In this document: positions 1 through 8,230 of the stretch, piece by piece | Layout of the letters: each line of letters begins with the position of its first letter | Position numbering within the stretch: position 1 is the first letter of the stretch | From: Desulfobulbus propionicus DSM 2032 | Lineage (GTDB): Bacteria > Desulfobacterota > Desulfobulbia > Desulfobulbales > Desulfobulbaceae | Reading direction: 5' to 3' | Assembly (NCBI RefSeq): GCF_000186885.1 | Contig: NC_014972.1 | Coordinates: 2,070,001-2,102,000 of the forward strand | Length of the DNA: 32,000 nt | Position numbers and translations under genes: made by a program | Notes under the pieces: model-generated | The model's input: only the letters and a program-made list of their open reading frames with translations | Told to the model about the DNA's origin: nothing | Database searches by the model: none

Positions 1-33
1 CGCGCTGTGGATGCGGATCGGTGCGGCACCCAT
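1..33 (-). CDS. Possible 5' end of a further minus-strand ORF (MGAAPIRIHSA...), truncated by window edge; product unknown
   Basis: ATG (cat at 31-33) directly abuts the mqnC stop codon at 34-36; open to the window edge; position would fit another operon gene. Confidence 0.3.
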   Translation of the reverse strand, partial: MGAAPIRIHSA

Positions 34-1095
34 CTAGCAAACCGGGGTATAATCCATCAACCGCTGCTGCGGCTCAAAGCCGGCATCGCGGACCAATCGC
101 CTAATCTCCTCTTCTGAAAGGCGAAAATGGACGCCGGCCGCGGCCACCACATTTTCCTCGATCATGGTCGAGCCGAAGTCGTTGGCGCCAAAAAAGAGGG
201 AAAGCTGGGCGATCTTCGGTCCTTGCGTTACCCAAGAGGCTTGAATGTTGGCGATATTGTCGAGGAAGATACGGCTCAAGGCTAGCATGCGCAGATAGCT
301 GACCGCAGTGGTCTTCTCGATGCGGCGGGCCGCAGCCAATGGAGTGTGGTCGGGTTGAAAGGGCCAGGGAATGAAGGCGGTGAACCCACCGGTGCGGTCC
401 TGGAGGTCGCGGACCCGCTGCAGGTGCTCCAGCCGCTCTTCCATGGTTTCGATGTGGCCGAACATCATGGTGGCCGTGGTTCGCAAGCCCTGGCGATGCG
501 CTTGTTCCATGATCCCGATCCACTGGTCGGCGCTGCATTTTTTGGGCGCCAACTCCTGCCTGACCCGGTCGCACAGAATCTCGGCGCCGCCGCCGGGGAT
601 GGAATCAAGACCGGCAGCGATCAACCGCTCAAGGACCGTGGCGATTGGCAACCCGGACAGTTGGGCGAAATGGTGGATCTCGGGGGGGGAAAAACCGTGG
701 ACATGGATGCCGGTGGTTTTGATGAACCGCAGCATTTCCTCGTAAAACTCCAGCGGCTTGTCCGGATGCAATCCGCCCTGCAATAAAATTTGCGTGCCGC
801 CGAGAGCCTGGGTCTCGTGTATCTTGTCAGCCAATTGCTCTCGCGTCAGCACCTCGCCGTGCGGGTCGTCCGGAGCCTTGAAAAAGGCACAGAACTTACA
901 GGCCGAGATACAGACGTCGGTATAGTTGATATTGCGGTCAATCACATAGGTGACCACCGGCCGCGGATGGAGTCGGCGGCGCACACCATCGGCGAGCATG
1001 CCGAGCTGGTGCAGGTCAGCGTCACGCGTCAAACGGAGGAATGCCTCCCCTTCGATACGCTCCCCGGCTTCTATCTTGGCAATGAGGTTCCGCAT
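34..1095 (-). CDS. mqnC: Cyclic dehypoxanthinyl futalosine synthase (radical SAM, menaquinone futalosine pathway)
   Basis: 353 aa; radical SAM CxxxCxxC (CISACKFCAF), GGTQILLQGGLHPD, IPGGGAEIL, TTATMMFGH, FTAFIPWPFQP motifs characteristic of MqnC. Confidence 0.93.
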   Translation of the reverse strand: MRNLIAKIEAGERIEGEAFLRLTRDADLHQLGMLADGVRRRLHPRPVVTYVIDRNINYTDVCISACKFCAFFKAPDDPHGEVLTREQLADKIHETQALGGTQILLQGGLHPDKPLEFYEEMLRFIKTTGIHVHGFSPPEIHHFAQLSGLPIATVLERLIAAGLDSIPGGGAEILCDRVRQELAPKKCSADQWIGIMEQAHRQGLRTTATMMFGHIETMEERLEHLQRVRDLQDRTGGFTAFIPWPFQPDHTPLAAARRIEKTTAVSYLRMLALSRIFLDNIANIQASWVTQGPKIAQLSLFFGANDFGSTMIEENVVAAAGVHFRLSEEEIRRLVRDAGFEPQQRLMDYTPVC

Positions 1096-1100
1096 GGCGC

Positions 1101-2195
1101 TCAGAAGGTGGCAAGAACGTTATAGAGTGTGTCGCGCTGCACCGGTTGGCGACCGGCCTCGTGGATCAGCCGGATCAGGGTTTTGTGCCCCAGAGCCTGT
1201 TCGGTTTCCGCCCCGGCCATGTGGGTGATCACTTCTTCCTTGACCGTGCCGTCCATGTCGTCGGCGCCAAAGGCAAGGGCCACTTGAGCCAGCTTGGGAC
1301 CGACCATCACCCAATAGGCTTTGATGTGCGGAAAGTTGTCGAGCATCAGCCGACTGACCGCGATATTTTTCAGATCGTTGATGCCGCTGGTATTGGAATG
1401 CTCGGCCATCTCAGTGTTTTTTGGATGAAAGGCCAAGGGAATGAAGGCAAGGAAACCACCGGTTTCATCCTGGGTGTGACGCAGGGCATCAAGATGTTCC
1501 AGTCGTTCATCGATGGACTCGATATGGCCATACAGCATAGTGGCATTGGTGCGCAGTCCCAACCGGTGAGCGGTCCGCGCCACCTCAAGCCACCCTTCCC
1601 CGGAAAGCTTTCTCTCGCAGGTCAGGCGGCGGATACGCGGGCTGAACACTTCAGCCCCGCCGCCGGGCATTGACCCAAGGCCGGCCGCCATCAGCTCCTC
1701 AAGGGTCGTATCGACCGGTTTGCCGGCCAGCTGAGCCAGGTGGTGGATCTCCACACAGGTGAAAGCCTGGATGTGTACCTCGGGGCGAACGTCCTTGATA
1801 CCGCGCAACAAATCGAGATAATAGGAAAAAGGCAGATCGGGATGAATGCCGCCAACCACATGGATCTCGGTGATCGGTTCATCGAGCCGCTGCCGGACCT
1901 TCTCCTTGACCTCCTCGATGCTCATCTCATAGGCAAGGGCATGCCCCTTTTCCTTGCCAAAGGCGCAGAATTTACAGAGATTGGTGCAAATATTGGAATA
2001 GTTGATGTGCTGGTTGTAGATGAAAAACGCCTGATTGCCGTTTTTCCGCTCGCGGACGATATTGGCCAAATACCCCACGGCCAGGATGTTGGGATGCTGA
2101 TACAGTTGGCGCCCATCATCCAGGGAAAGCCGCTCTCCATTGCGAACCTTGGTGAGAATGCCGCCCAGACCAGCCTGTTCAATATATGCATCCAT
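1101..2195 (-). CDS. mqnE: Aminofutalosine synthase (radical SAM)
   Basis: 364 aa; CTNLCKFCAF, EIHVVGGIHPDLPF, MPGGGAEVFSPRIRR, TNATMLYGHIES, FIPLAFHP motifs; paralogous neighbour of mqnC. Confidence 0.93.
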   Translation of the reverse strand: MDAYIEQAGLGGILTKVRNGERLSLDDGRQLYQHPNILAVGYLANIVRERKNGNQAFFIYNQHINYSNICTNLCKFCAFGKEKGHALAYEMSIEEVKEKVRQRLDEPITEIHVVGGIHPDLPFSYYLDLLRGIKDVRPEVHIQAFTCVEIHHLAQLAGKPVDTTLEELMAAGLGSMPGGGAEVFSPRIRRLTCERKLSGEGWLEVARTAHRLGLRTNATMLYGHIESIDERLEHLDALRHTQDETGGFLAFIPLAFHPKNTEMAEHSNTSGINDLKNIAVSRLMLDNFPHIKAYWVMVGPKLAQVALAFGADDMDGTVKEEVITHMAGAETEQALGHKTLIRLIHEAGRQPVQRDTLYNVLATF

Positions 2196-2215
2196 ATTCT
2201 ACCAACTTCCTCCGA

Positions 2216-2251
2216 AAGAAAAAAAGAAGCCCCTTCAACAACAAGGGGCTT
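2216..2251 (-). terminator. Intrinsic terminator of the sigma factor gene
   Basis: Perfect 9-bp stem AAGCCCCTT(2227-2235)/AAGGGGCTT(2243-2251), 7-nt loop; on the minus strand followed by CTTTTTTTC. Confidence 0.85.
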
Positions 2252-2276
2252 GGATTCGTGGGGTGAAAAAACGATA

Positions 2277-3596
2277 TCAATCGAGGAAAAAGCGCAATTT
2301 TTCCCGACGGCTCGAATGGCGCAGGCGATTGAGGGCCTTCTTCTCGATCTGACGGATGCGTTCCCGCGACACATTAAACCGTTTGCCGATCTCTTCCAGG
2401 GTGTATTCGGCCTTTTCGCCGATCCCAAAGCGCAGACGGATAATTTTTTCCTCCCGATCGGTCAAGGTCGACAGCACCTCCGTCACCCGGTGGGCCAATT
2501 CCCGGTTCTGAACCGCATCGTAGGGTGATTCGGATTCCTGATTCTCGAGGAAATCACCCAAGGTAGAATCGTCGTCCCCCACGGGCGTCTCCAGGGAGAT
2601 CGGTTCACGCGAAGCCTCGAGGATGGCCAGGATCTTGTCCATCGGCAGATCGGTCATTTTGGAAATTTCCACCGGGGTCGGCTCGCGTCCCAGCTCCTTG
2701 AGTAGGGAGTAAAAAGCCTTGAAAAACTGACTACGCAGCTCGAGAAAATGCACCGGCAGGCGGATGGTCCGGGTCTTGTCGAGGATGGCGCGGGTAATGG
2801 CCTGCCGAATCCACCACGAGGCATAGGTGGAAAATTTATTGCCTTTTTTGTAGTCAAAACGGAAAACCGCCCGCATCAGACCGAGATTGCCTTCTTGGAT
2901 GAGGTCGGCCAAGGTCAACCCCTGGTGCATGTATCGCTTGGCAATGGACACCACCAGCCGTAAATTGGCACGGATCATCGAGTCCTTGGCAAACTCGATC
3001 GACCGGTTGTAGGCCTCGATCTTGGTCGACAACTCGAACAACTCCCGTTTGTCGGGATAGTTGCGGTTGGCAATGCTGACGCAATGCCGCATGTAGTTCA
3101 ACTGCTGTTTTTTGGGTTTGAGGGTCGGATCACGGCGCTGCCAGAGATCGATCCGATCGACCAGCATTTTGATTTCCGCCACTCCGGACGCATCCTGACG
3201 GATAGCCTCGATGATGGCGTCAAACCCTTCGCGGATGGTTTTGGAATACTTCGCCTCCTCCTCGGGGGTGAGCAGGTCGAACTGGCCCATCTCCCTCAGA
3301 TAGGTGGTGGTGGTTTCCTCGGATTCATGTTCTTCGCTGTCCGGCAAGGTATCGGAAGCGTTGTCTTCCTCACCGCTTTTCTTTCCGGTCCATTCTTCGC
3401 CGGACAGTGTCTTTCTCTTTCCCGATTCTTCCTGGGTGACGATCTCAATATTATTTTCCCCAAGAAAATCGAACAATTCTTCAATAGCTCCCGGATCTTT
3501 TACCTGCTCGGGGAGCAATTCGTTCAAGTGTTGAAATGTGATGCAGCCCTCATCTTTTCCGGCTTCAAGAAGGTCATTTTTTATACCTGCGAGCAC
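2277..3596 (-). CDS. RpoD/SigA-like sigma-70 factor (short, divergent around regions 2.4/3.0)
   Basis: 439 aa; region 1.1-like N-terminus, NLRLVVSIAKRY, LIQEGNLGLMRAV, FSTYASWWIRQAI, EYTLEEIGKRFNVSRERIRQIEKKALNRLR; GTG start preceded by AAGGAG. Confidence 0.9.
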   Translation of the reverse strand: MLAGIKNDLLEAGKDEGCITFQHLNELLPEQVKDPGAIEELFDFLGENNIEIVTQEESGKRKTLSGEEWTGKKSGEEDNASDTLPDSEEHESEETTTTYLREMGQFDLLTPEEEAKYSKTIREGFDAIIEAIRQDASGVAEIKMLVDRIDLWQRRDPTLKPKKQQLNYMRHCVSIANRNYPDKRELFELSTKIEAYNRSIEFAKDSMIRANLRLVVSIAKRYMHQGLTLADLIQEGNLGLMRAVFRFDYKKGNKFSTYASWWIRQAITRAILDKTRTIRLPVHFLELRSQFFKAFYSLLKELGREPTPVEISKMTDLPMDKILAILEASREPISLETPVGDDDSTLGDFLENQESESPYDAVQNRELAHRVTEVLSTLTDREEKIIRLRFGIGEKAEYTLEEIGKRFNVSRERIRQIEKKALNRLRHSSRREKLRFFLD

Positions 3597-3795
3597 CTGC
3601 CTTCTCCTTTAGTCTGTGCATGAACGCACGAAATAAATTTTTTGGGCAAAAAAGAATAGTATAGTTTAAACCATCCAAAAGAAAATGCAATCAGAGAGTG
3701 TTTTCCATGTAAAAAAAGCGTATAAAGAAAACGCGTTAAAAGGAACGATCCATGAAAAGGCATCTGGCATTTCATTCCGACGGGAATAAACCATA

Positions 3796-5364
3796 ATGAA
3801 CAATGGTACATCGATAAACATTCTCCGGCAAAGATCAAGCGGAATTTTATTGCCGATTTTTTCCTTGCCCAGCCCCCAAGGAATCGGCGACCTGGGCACG
3901 TCGTCACGAAATTATATCGATTTTTTAAAAAACAGCGAGCAGCGCTGCTGGCAGTTGCTTCCCGTCGGACCGACCAGCCCGGTTTTCGGCAATTCGCCCT
4001 ACATGAGCAATTCGGCTTTTGCCGGCAATCCGCTGTTCATCGCCACCGAAGAGCTGGTTGAGCAAGGCCTGCTGTTGCGTGAGGAAATCCCCTGTTGCTC
4101 TTTTTCAGAATACCAGGTCGACTATCAATTAATTGCCGAATATAAACAGGGCATTTTCAAACTTGCCTGGAAACGCTTTGCCGCAACCCCCCGCCTTGTA
4201 CGACGCCTTGAGCAGTTTACCCATCAGCATCCCTGGGTGGCAAACCATGGGCTGTTCATGGCACTCAAGGAAACGTTTCGGCAGCGCCCCTGGTACGAAT
4301 GGCCACTCGCACTGCGACAACGGGAACCGGCCGCATTAAACCAAATGGGCCAAGAGCTCGCCGCCCCAATCGCCTACCATATTTTCCTCCAATATCTGTT
4401 TTTCAGTCAGTGGCAACAGCTTCGCGCCTATGCCAACCGGCAGGGAATTCAGCTCATCGGCGATTTGCCGATTTATGTTGCCTTGGACAGTGTCGATGTC
4501 TGGGCCCACCAATCGATCTTTCAAATGGATCGTGCCCAATGCCGTCCCACCCATGTGGCCGGGGTGCCGCCGGATTATTTCAGCGCCACCGGCCAGCGCT
4601 GGGGCAATCCGCTCTATTGCTGGGACACATCCACCCCGCAGGTGCGCGACCAGCTGTGGAACTGGTGGGAAGAACGGCTGCGGCTCAACTTTACCCTGGT
4701 TGACACCCTGCGAATCGATCACTTCCGTGGCTTTGAATCCTATTGGGCGGTTCCGGCCGAGGAAGAGACCGCGCTCCATGGGTGCTGGCAGCCTGGACCG
4801 GGCTTGCCATTTTTTGCAGAAATGACAAAACGTCTGGGGAGCATGAGCATTATTGCCGAAGATCTCGGGGTGATCACGCCCGAGGTTGACGTACTGCGCC
4901 GCAGTCTCGGTTATCCTGGGATGAAAATTCTGCTCTTTGCCTTTGACGGCGATCCATGCAACAGCTATCTTCCCTATAACAGTGAAAAAGAAAGCGTCAT
5001 GTACACCGGTACCCACGACAACGACACCGCCGTGGGCTGGTACCTCAGCCCTGACGTTGCCCCGGAGGCCAAGCGACGGGCCAAGCGCTTTGCCAACCGC
5101 CAGGACGACCAGGCAGGTTCCTTTCACCAGGAACTGATTCACCTCGCCCTCTCCTCGCCCTCAAATCTGGTGATACTGCCGTTGCAGGACGTGCTTGGGT
5201 TCGGCAATGACTGCCGGATGAACACTCCGGGAACAACGGAGAACAACTGGCGTTGGCGTTGTGCAGAGCGATTCATCAACAATGATGTGGCGGGCTGGCT
5301 TTCGGATCTCACCCACCTGTTCGGCCGCGTGCCCCCAACCGATCAATCCTGCCAACCCATTTGA
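3796..5364 (+). CDS. malQ: 4-alpha-glucanotransferase (amylomaltase)
   Basis: 522 aa; SSGILLPIFSLPSPQGIGDLG, LPVGPTSPVFGNSPYMS, RIDHFRGFESYWAVPA, IIAEDLGVITPEV, YTGTHDNDTAVGW. Confidence 0.95.
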   Translation: MNNGTSINILRQRSSGILLPIFSLPSPQGIGDLGTSSRNYIDFLKNSEQRCWQLLPVGPTSPVFGNSPYMSNSAFAGNPLFIATEELVEQGLLLREEIPCCSFSEYQVDYQLIAEYKQGIFKLAWKRFAATPRLVRRLEQFTHQHPWVANHGLFMALKETFRQRPWYEWPLALRQREPAALNQMGQELAAPIAYHIFLQYLFFSQWQQLRAYANRQGIQLIGDLPIYVALDSVDVWAHQSIFQMDRAQCRPTHVAGVPPDYFSATGQRWGNPLYCWDTSTPQVRDQLWNWWEERLRLNFTLVDTLRIDHFRGFESYWAVPAEEETALHGCWQPGPGLPFFAEMTKRLGSMSIIAEDLGVITPEVDVLRRSLGYPGMKILLFAFDGDPCNSYLPYNSEKESVMYTGTHDNDTAVGWYLSPDVAPEAKRRAKRFANRQDDQAGSFHQELIHLALSSPSNLVILPLQDVLGFGNDCRMNTPGTTENNWRWRCAERFINNDVAGWLSDLTHLFGRVPPTDQSCQPI

Positions 5365-5403
5365 ACAACAAGGCGGCATCAACGGACCGCACAGGCACCC
5401 CGC

Positions 5404-5676
5404 TCAGCTATAGATCAACACCAACGCATCACGGTTGAACGAAATTCTCAGACGTCCGCCGTGGGTGCGGCCATACACCTCCCACCCCGGTTCGCCCCTG
5501 ATCTCGCATTGTATCCCGTGGGGAGAATGGAGATTGTTCCGCGCATCGCTCCAGGCAATCAGGACGGCCTCCTCATTTTCTTTTCCGGCAATTTCCTGAC
5601 CGATGCGCTGCGCCAGTGAAAAATCCACGTCAATGCCATCGATGTGAAGCGCAATGCGCTGTACACCTACGACCAT
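5404..5676 (-). CDS. Small conserved protein, AF2331/DUF5619-like
   Basis: 90 aa from internal ATG at 5676, with GAGGGA upstream; LIAWSDARNNLHSP...CEIRGEPGWEVYGRTHGGRLRISFN pattern recalled from this family; the longer 226-aa ORF extends antisense into the rhodanese gene and is unlikely. Confidence 0.55.
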   Translation of the reverse strand: MVVGVQRIALHIDGIDVDFSLAQRIGQEIAGKENEEAVLIAWSDARNNLHSPHGIQCEIRGEPGWEVYGRTHGGRLRISFNRDALVLIYS

Positions 5677-5719
5677 TTTTCCCTCGCTTTCGTTTTTAAA
5701 TGATAATCGTTCTTCTTGT

Positions 5720-5749
5720 TTGCCTAAGCGCCGTCCCTTCGAGTATACT
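5720..5749 (+). promoter_or_regulatory. Candidate sigma-70 promoter for the rhodanese lipoprotein gene
   Basis: TTGCCT (5720-5725), 18-nt spacer, TATACT (5744-5749), 75 nt before the GTG start. Confidence 0.4.
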
Positions 5750-5824
5750 TGAACAAATTGCATGGTGCATGCATCAATTTGGGAGACTTCGGTCACCCGC
5801 AACCCATCACCAAGGAGGACTGCC

Positions 5825-7147
5825 GTGAACAAAAAAATGTTGCCACTGCTCCCGCTCTGCCTGATGCTCGGCTTGCTTGCCAGCGGCTGCGCGGGACCCA
5901 AGAATGCCGAGGTCGCCGAGACGCCCGCTGTCCAGCAGGAGATGCAAAAAAATGAACCACTGATGTATGAGGGCGAGATCGCCGGCGTTTCGGAACGGGC
6001 CAAAACCGTCTCCATCACGGTGGGCAAGGGAGAGCAGGCCAAGGTGATGATGGTCAAGTTTGACGACAAGACCAAAGGTGTCAATCAGGCCGCGAAGGGA
6101 CGCGCCGTGCAAATCACCTATGAAATGCGTGACAAGGATGCCTACGCCACCGACATTCAGTTGAAACTGGCCAAATTGCCCGCCGGGACCACTGAAATCA
6201 AAACACCTGAACTGCAACAATTGATCGACGAAAAAAAGCCATTTTTTCTGGTGGATTCCCGTCCGACGATTCGTTACGATCAGTCGCACCTGCCCGAGGC
6301 GCATTCCATCCCTGTACCCTTGCTGGAAAAGAAAGGCGCTGCAGTCTTACCAAAAGACAAAGACATGCCCATAGTTTTCTATTGCGGAGGGCCCACCTGA
6401 GGCATGTCCACTGCCTCCGCCGGTCTGGCGAAGAAATTGGGTTACAACAATGTCCGCGTTTATCTTGATGGCGAACCGGCCTGGTCCAAGGCCAATCTGC
6501 CCACCTATTCCACGACTGAGTTCATCAAGCATGGCAATGTGGTCCTGATTGACATCCGGCCGACCAACAAGGCCATCGCTGGGCGCATCAAGGGTGCCTA
6601 CAGCGTCCCCTACGATATGCTCGAAGACAGGCTCGATGATGTTCCTCGCAACGCCCCCATCGTGCTCTATGGCGACAAAGAAGTATTGCAGGCAATGAGC
6701 GACGTGCGCGAAGAAGGGTTCAATTTTGTTTCCTTGGTCAAAGGCGGCTACCAAGGATGGGTCAAAGCGGGCGGCGAAATTGAAAAGGGGCCGATCTTCA
6801 ACACCGAGATCAAATGGGTGAGGAAACTTGGCAAGGGAGAGGTTTCAGTGGCCGATTTCCGCAAGGCTGCGTCCGGCGAAGACAAGAACGCGATCATCGT
6901 CGACGCCCGCACCAAGGAAGAGGTGGCCGAACTGGGCATATTCAAGAATACAATCAATATCCCGCTGGACGAGATCCCCGCACGGATGAACGAACTTCCC
7001 AAGGACAAAAAGATTTATGTGCACTGCTCCACCGGTGCCCGTGCTGACATGGCTTATAACGAACTGGTCAAACACGGTTTTGACGTGAAGTTCCTCCTGC
7101 TCAATATCAAGGACGCTGAATGCGACTGTGAGATCATCAGGCCTTGA
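5825..7147 (+). CDS. Predicted selenocysteine-containing triple-rhodanese-domain lipoprotein (in-frame TGA at 6398-6400)
   Basis: GTG start with AGGAGG 6 nt upstream; lipobox LLASGC; ORF halves 5825-6400 and 6404-7147 share one frame, separated only by TGA-GGC; YCGGPT-U-GMSTASAGLAKKLGYNNV matches the rhodanese active-site loop; third domain has CSTGAR loop. Confidence 0.85.
6408..6440 (+). promoter_or_regulatory. Candidate bacterial SECIS stem-loop
   Basis: CGCC (6418-6421)/GGCG (6427-6430) with GGUCU loop (6422-6426), plus outer CU/AG and CCA/UGG pairings; conserved-type loop G is 22 nt after TGA. Confidence 0.6.
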
Positions 7148-7193
7148 GATCGGAAACGATTGCAGGCGAATAATCTCCTCCGCGCACACATTT

Positions 7194-7223
7194 GGGGGGC
7201 CGTTCATACGTAAGCGGCCCCCC
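7194..7223. terminator. Terminator-like hairpin between convergent genes
   Basis: GGGGGGCCG (7194-7202)/CGGCCCCCC (7215-7223), 12-nt loop; no strong U-tract. Confidence 0.5.
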
Positions 7224-7247
7224 ATATCACTTATTGCCCAGCGATCA

Positions 7248-7574
7248 TTACTCGATGTTCTTCAACTGATCAAGCAACTCGGCCATGAGGGAGAGCTTCT
7301 CCTGGGCAACGGCCAAGGATCCCTGGCGAGCGTCGGTCTCCATGGTCATCGCCAGCTGCCGAATCCCTTCAATGCCCAAACTGGCCGCAGCCCCCTTGAG
7401 GCTGTGCGCTGCCCGTACAACTTCTTCGGCATCACCAGCGCCCACCGCCCGCCGCAACTGTTCCAAGTCAGAGGCGGAAGAATCCTTGAACAATAGCAAC
7501 AGTTCTTCCAGCAACTCCTCATCACCCGCAGTTTGTTCCAAGGCGAATGCTTTATTCCAGTGCAAATCAGCCAT
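7248..7574 (-). CDS. Hpt (histidine phosphotransfer) domain protein
   Basis: 108 aa with AAHSLKGAAASLGI phosphoryl-accepting His motif. Confidence 0.85.
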   Translation of the reverse strand: MADLHWNKAFALEQTAGDEELLEELLLLFKDSSASDLEQLRRAVGAGDAEEVVRAAHSLKGAAASLGIEGIRQLAMTMETDARQGSLAVAQEKLSLMAELLDQLKNIE

Positions 7575-7594
7575 ACATGCCTCCGGCTTTTTGT

Positions 7595-8230
7595 TTATGA
7601 ATTGAGCAGAATCGACGCGACCCGGGATCGAACCGTGGCAAAGGCAAGTTTGCCTTCACGCAGGCAGGTGAGCGTGGCCCCGTGCAGCCCCACCAATGTC
7701 GAGCCACTGCCGCCCGGGGTGTGGCCACCGTCGAGAATCAGATCAACCTCAGTATCGAAAATTCGTTCCACCTCGTCGGCCGTGACTGCGGCGGGAGACC
7801 CGGAACGATTGGCGCTGGTGGCAGTGATCGGACCGCCAAAGACGTCAATCAAACGGTTGGCTGTTTCGTTGGGGGAGTGACGAATGCCGACGGTTCCGGT
7901 GTTGCCGGTCAAGCGATTGGGCACCGAGGAACGGGCCGGGTAGACAAGTGTCAGCGGTCCTGGCCAGAATGCCTCGATCAAGCAGTTGTAGATCGCCGGT
8001 ATCTCCTCGACCAGCCGGCGCACCTGTTCGTGCGAGGAAACCAATACCAGAATGGGCAGTTCCCTTGCCCGGCGCTTGATTTGAAAGAGACGTTCAAGCG
8101 CCTTTTGATTGAACGGATCGACGGCCAAGCCGTAATAGGTCTCGGTCGGAAAGGCGACCACTCCCCCGGATAGCAAGACGGCGGCGGCCCGATCAAGGTT
8201 TTCCGGGGTAACGGCAAGCGGTGGGTTCAC
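7595..8230 (-). CDS. tsaC: L-threonylcarbamoyladenylate synthase (Sua5/YciO/YrdC family)
   Basis: 211 aa; GGVVAFPTETYYGLAVDP, KRRARELP, WPGPLTLVYPA, GIRHSPNE, ITATSANRSG. Confidence 0.9.
   Translation of the reverse strand: MNPPLAVTPENLDRAAAVLLSGGVVAFPTETYYGLAVDPFNQKALERLFQIKRRARELPILVLVSSHEQVRRLVEEIPAIYNCLIEAFWPGPLTLVYPARSSVPNRLTGNTGTVGIRHSPNETANRLIDVFGGPITATSANRSGSPAAVTADEVERIFDTEVDLILDGGHTPGGSGSTLVGLHGATLTCLREGKLAFATVRSRVASILLNS

Noticed and set aside
1740-2528. 262-aa plus-strand ORF
   Set aside because: Covers mqnE and rpoD-like gene in antisense and runs through their terminator.
4336-5142. 268-aa minus-strand ORF
   Set aside because: Antisense to malQ without protein family features.
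5677-6084. N-terminal extension of the minus-strand ORF 5404-6084
   Set aside because: Antisense to the rhodanese lipoprotein; an internal ATG at 5676 with GAGGGA upstream is a better start.
6398-6400. Annotate two separate genes (5825-6400 and 6404-7147) or a simple pseudogene
   Set aside because: The frame, domain continuity, Cys-column position and downstream hairpin all favour Sec recoding. Pseudogene remains possible if sel genes are absent.
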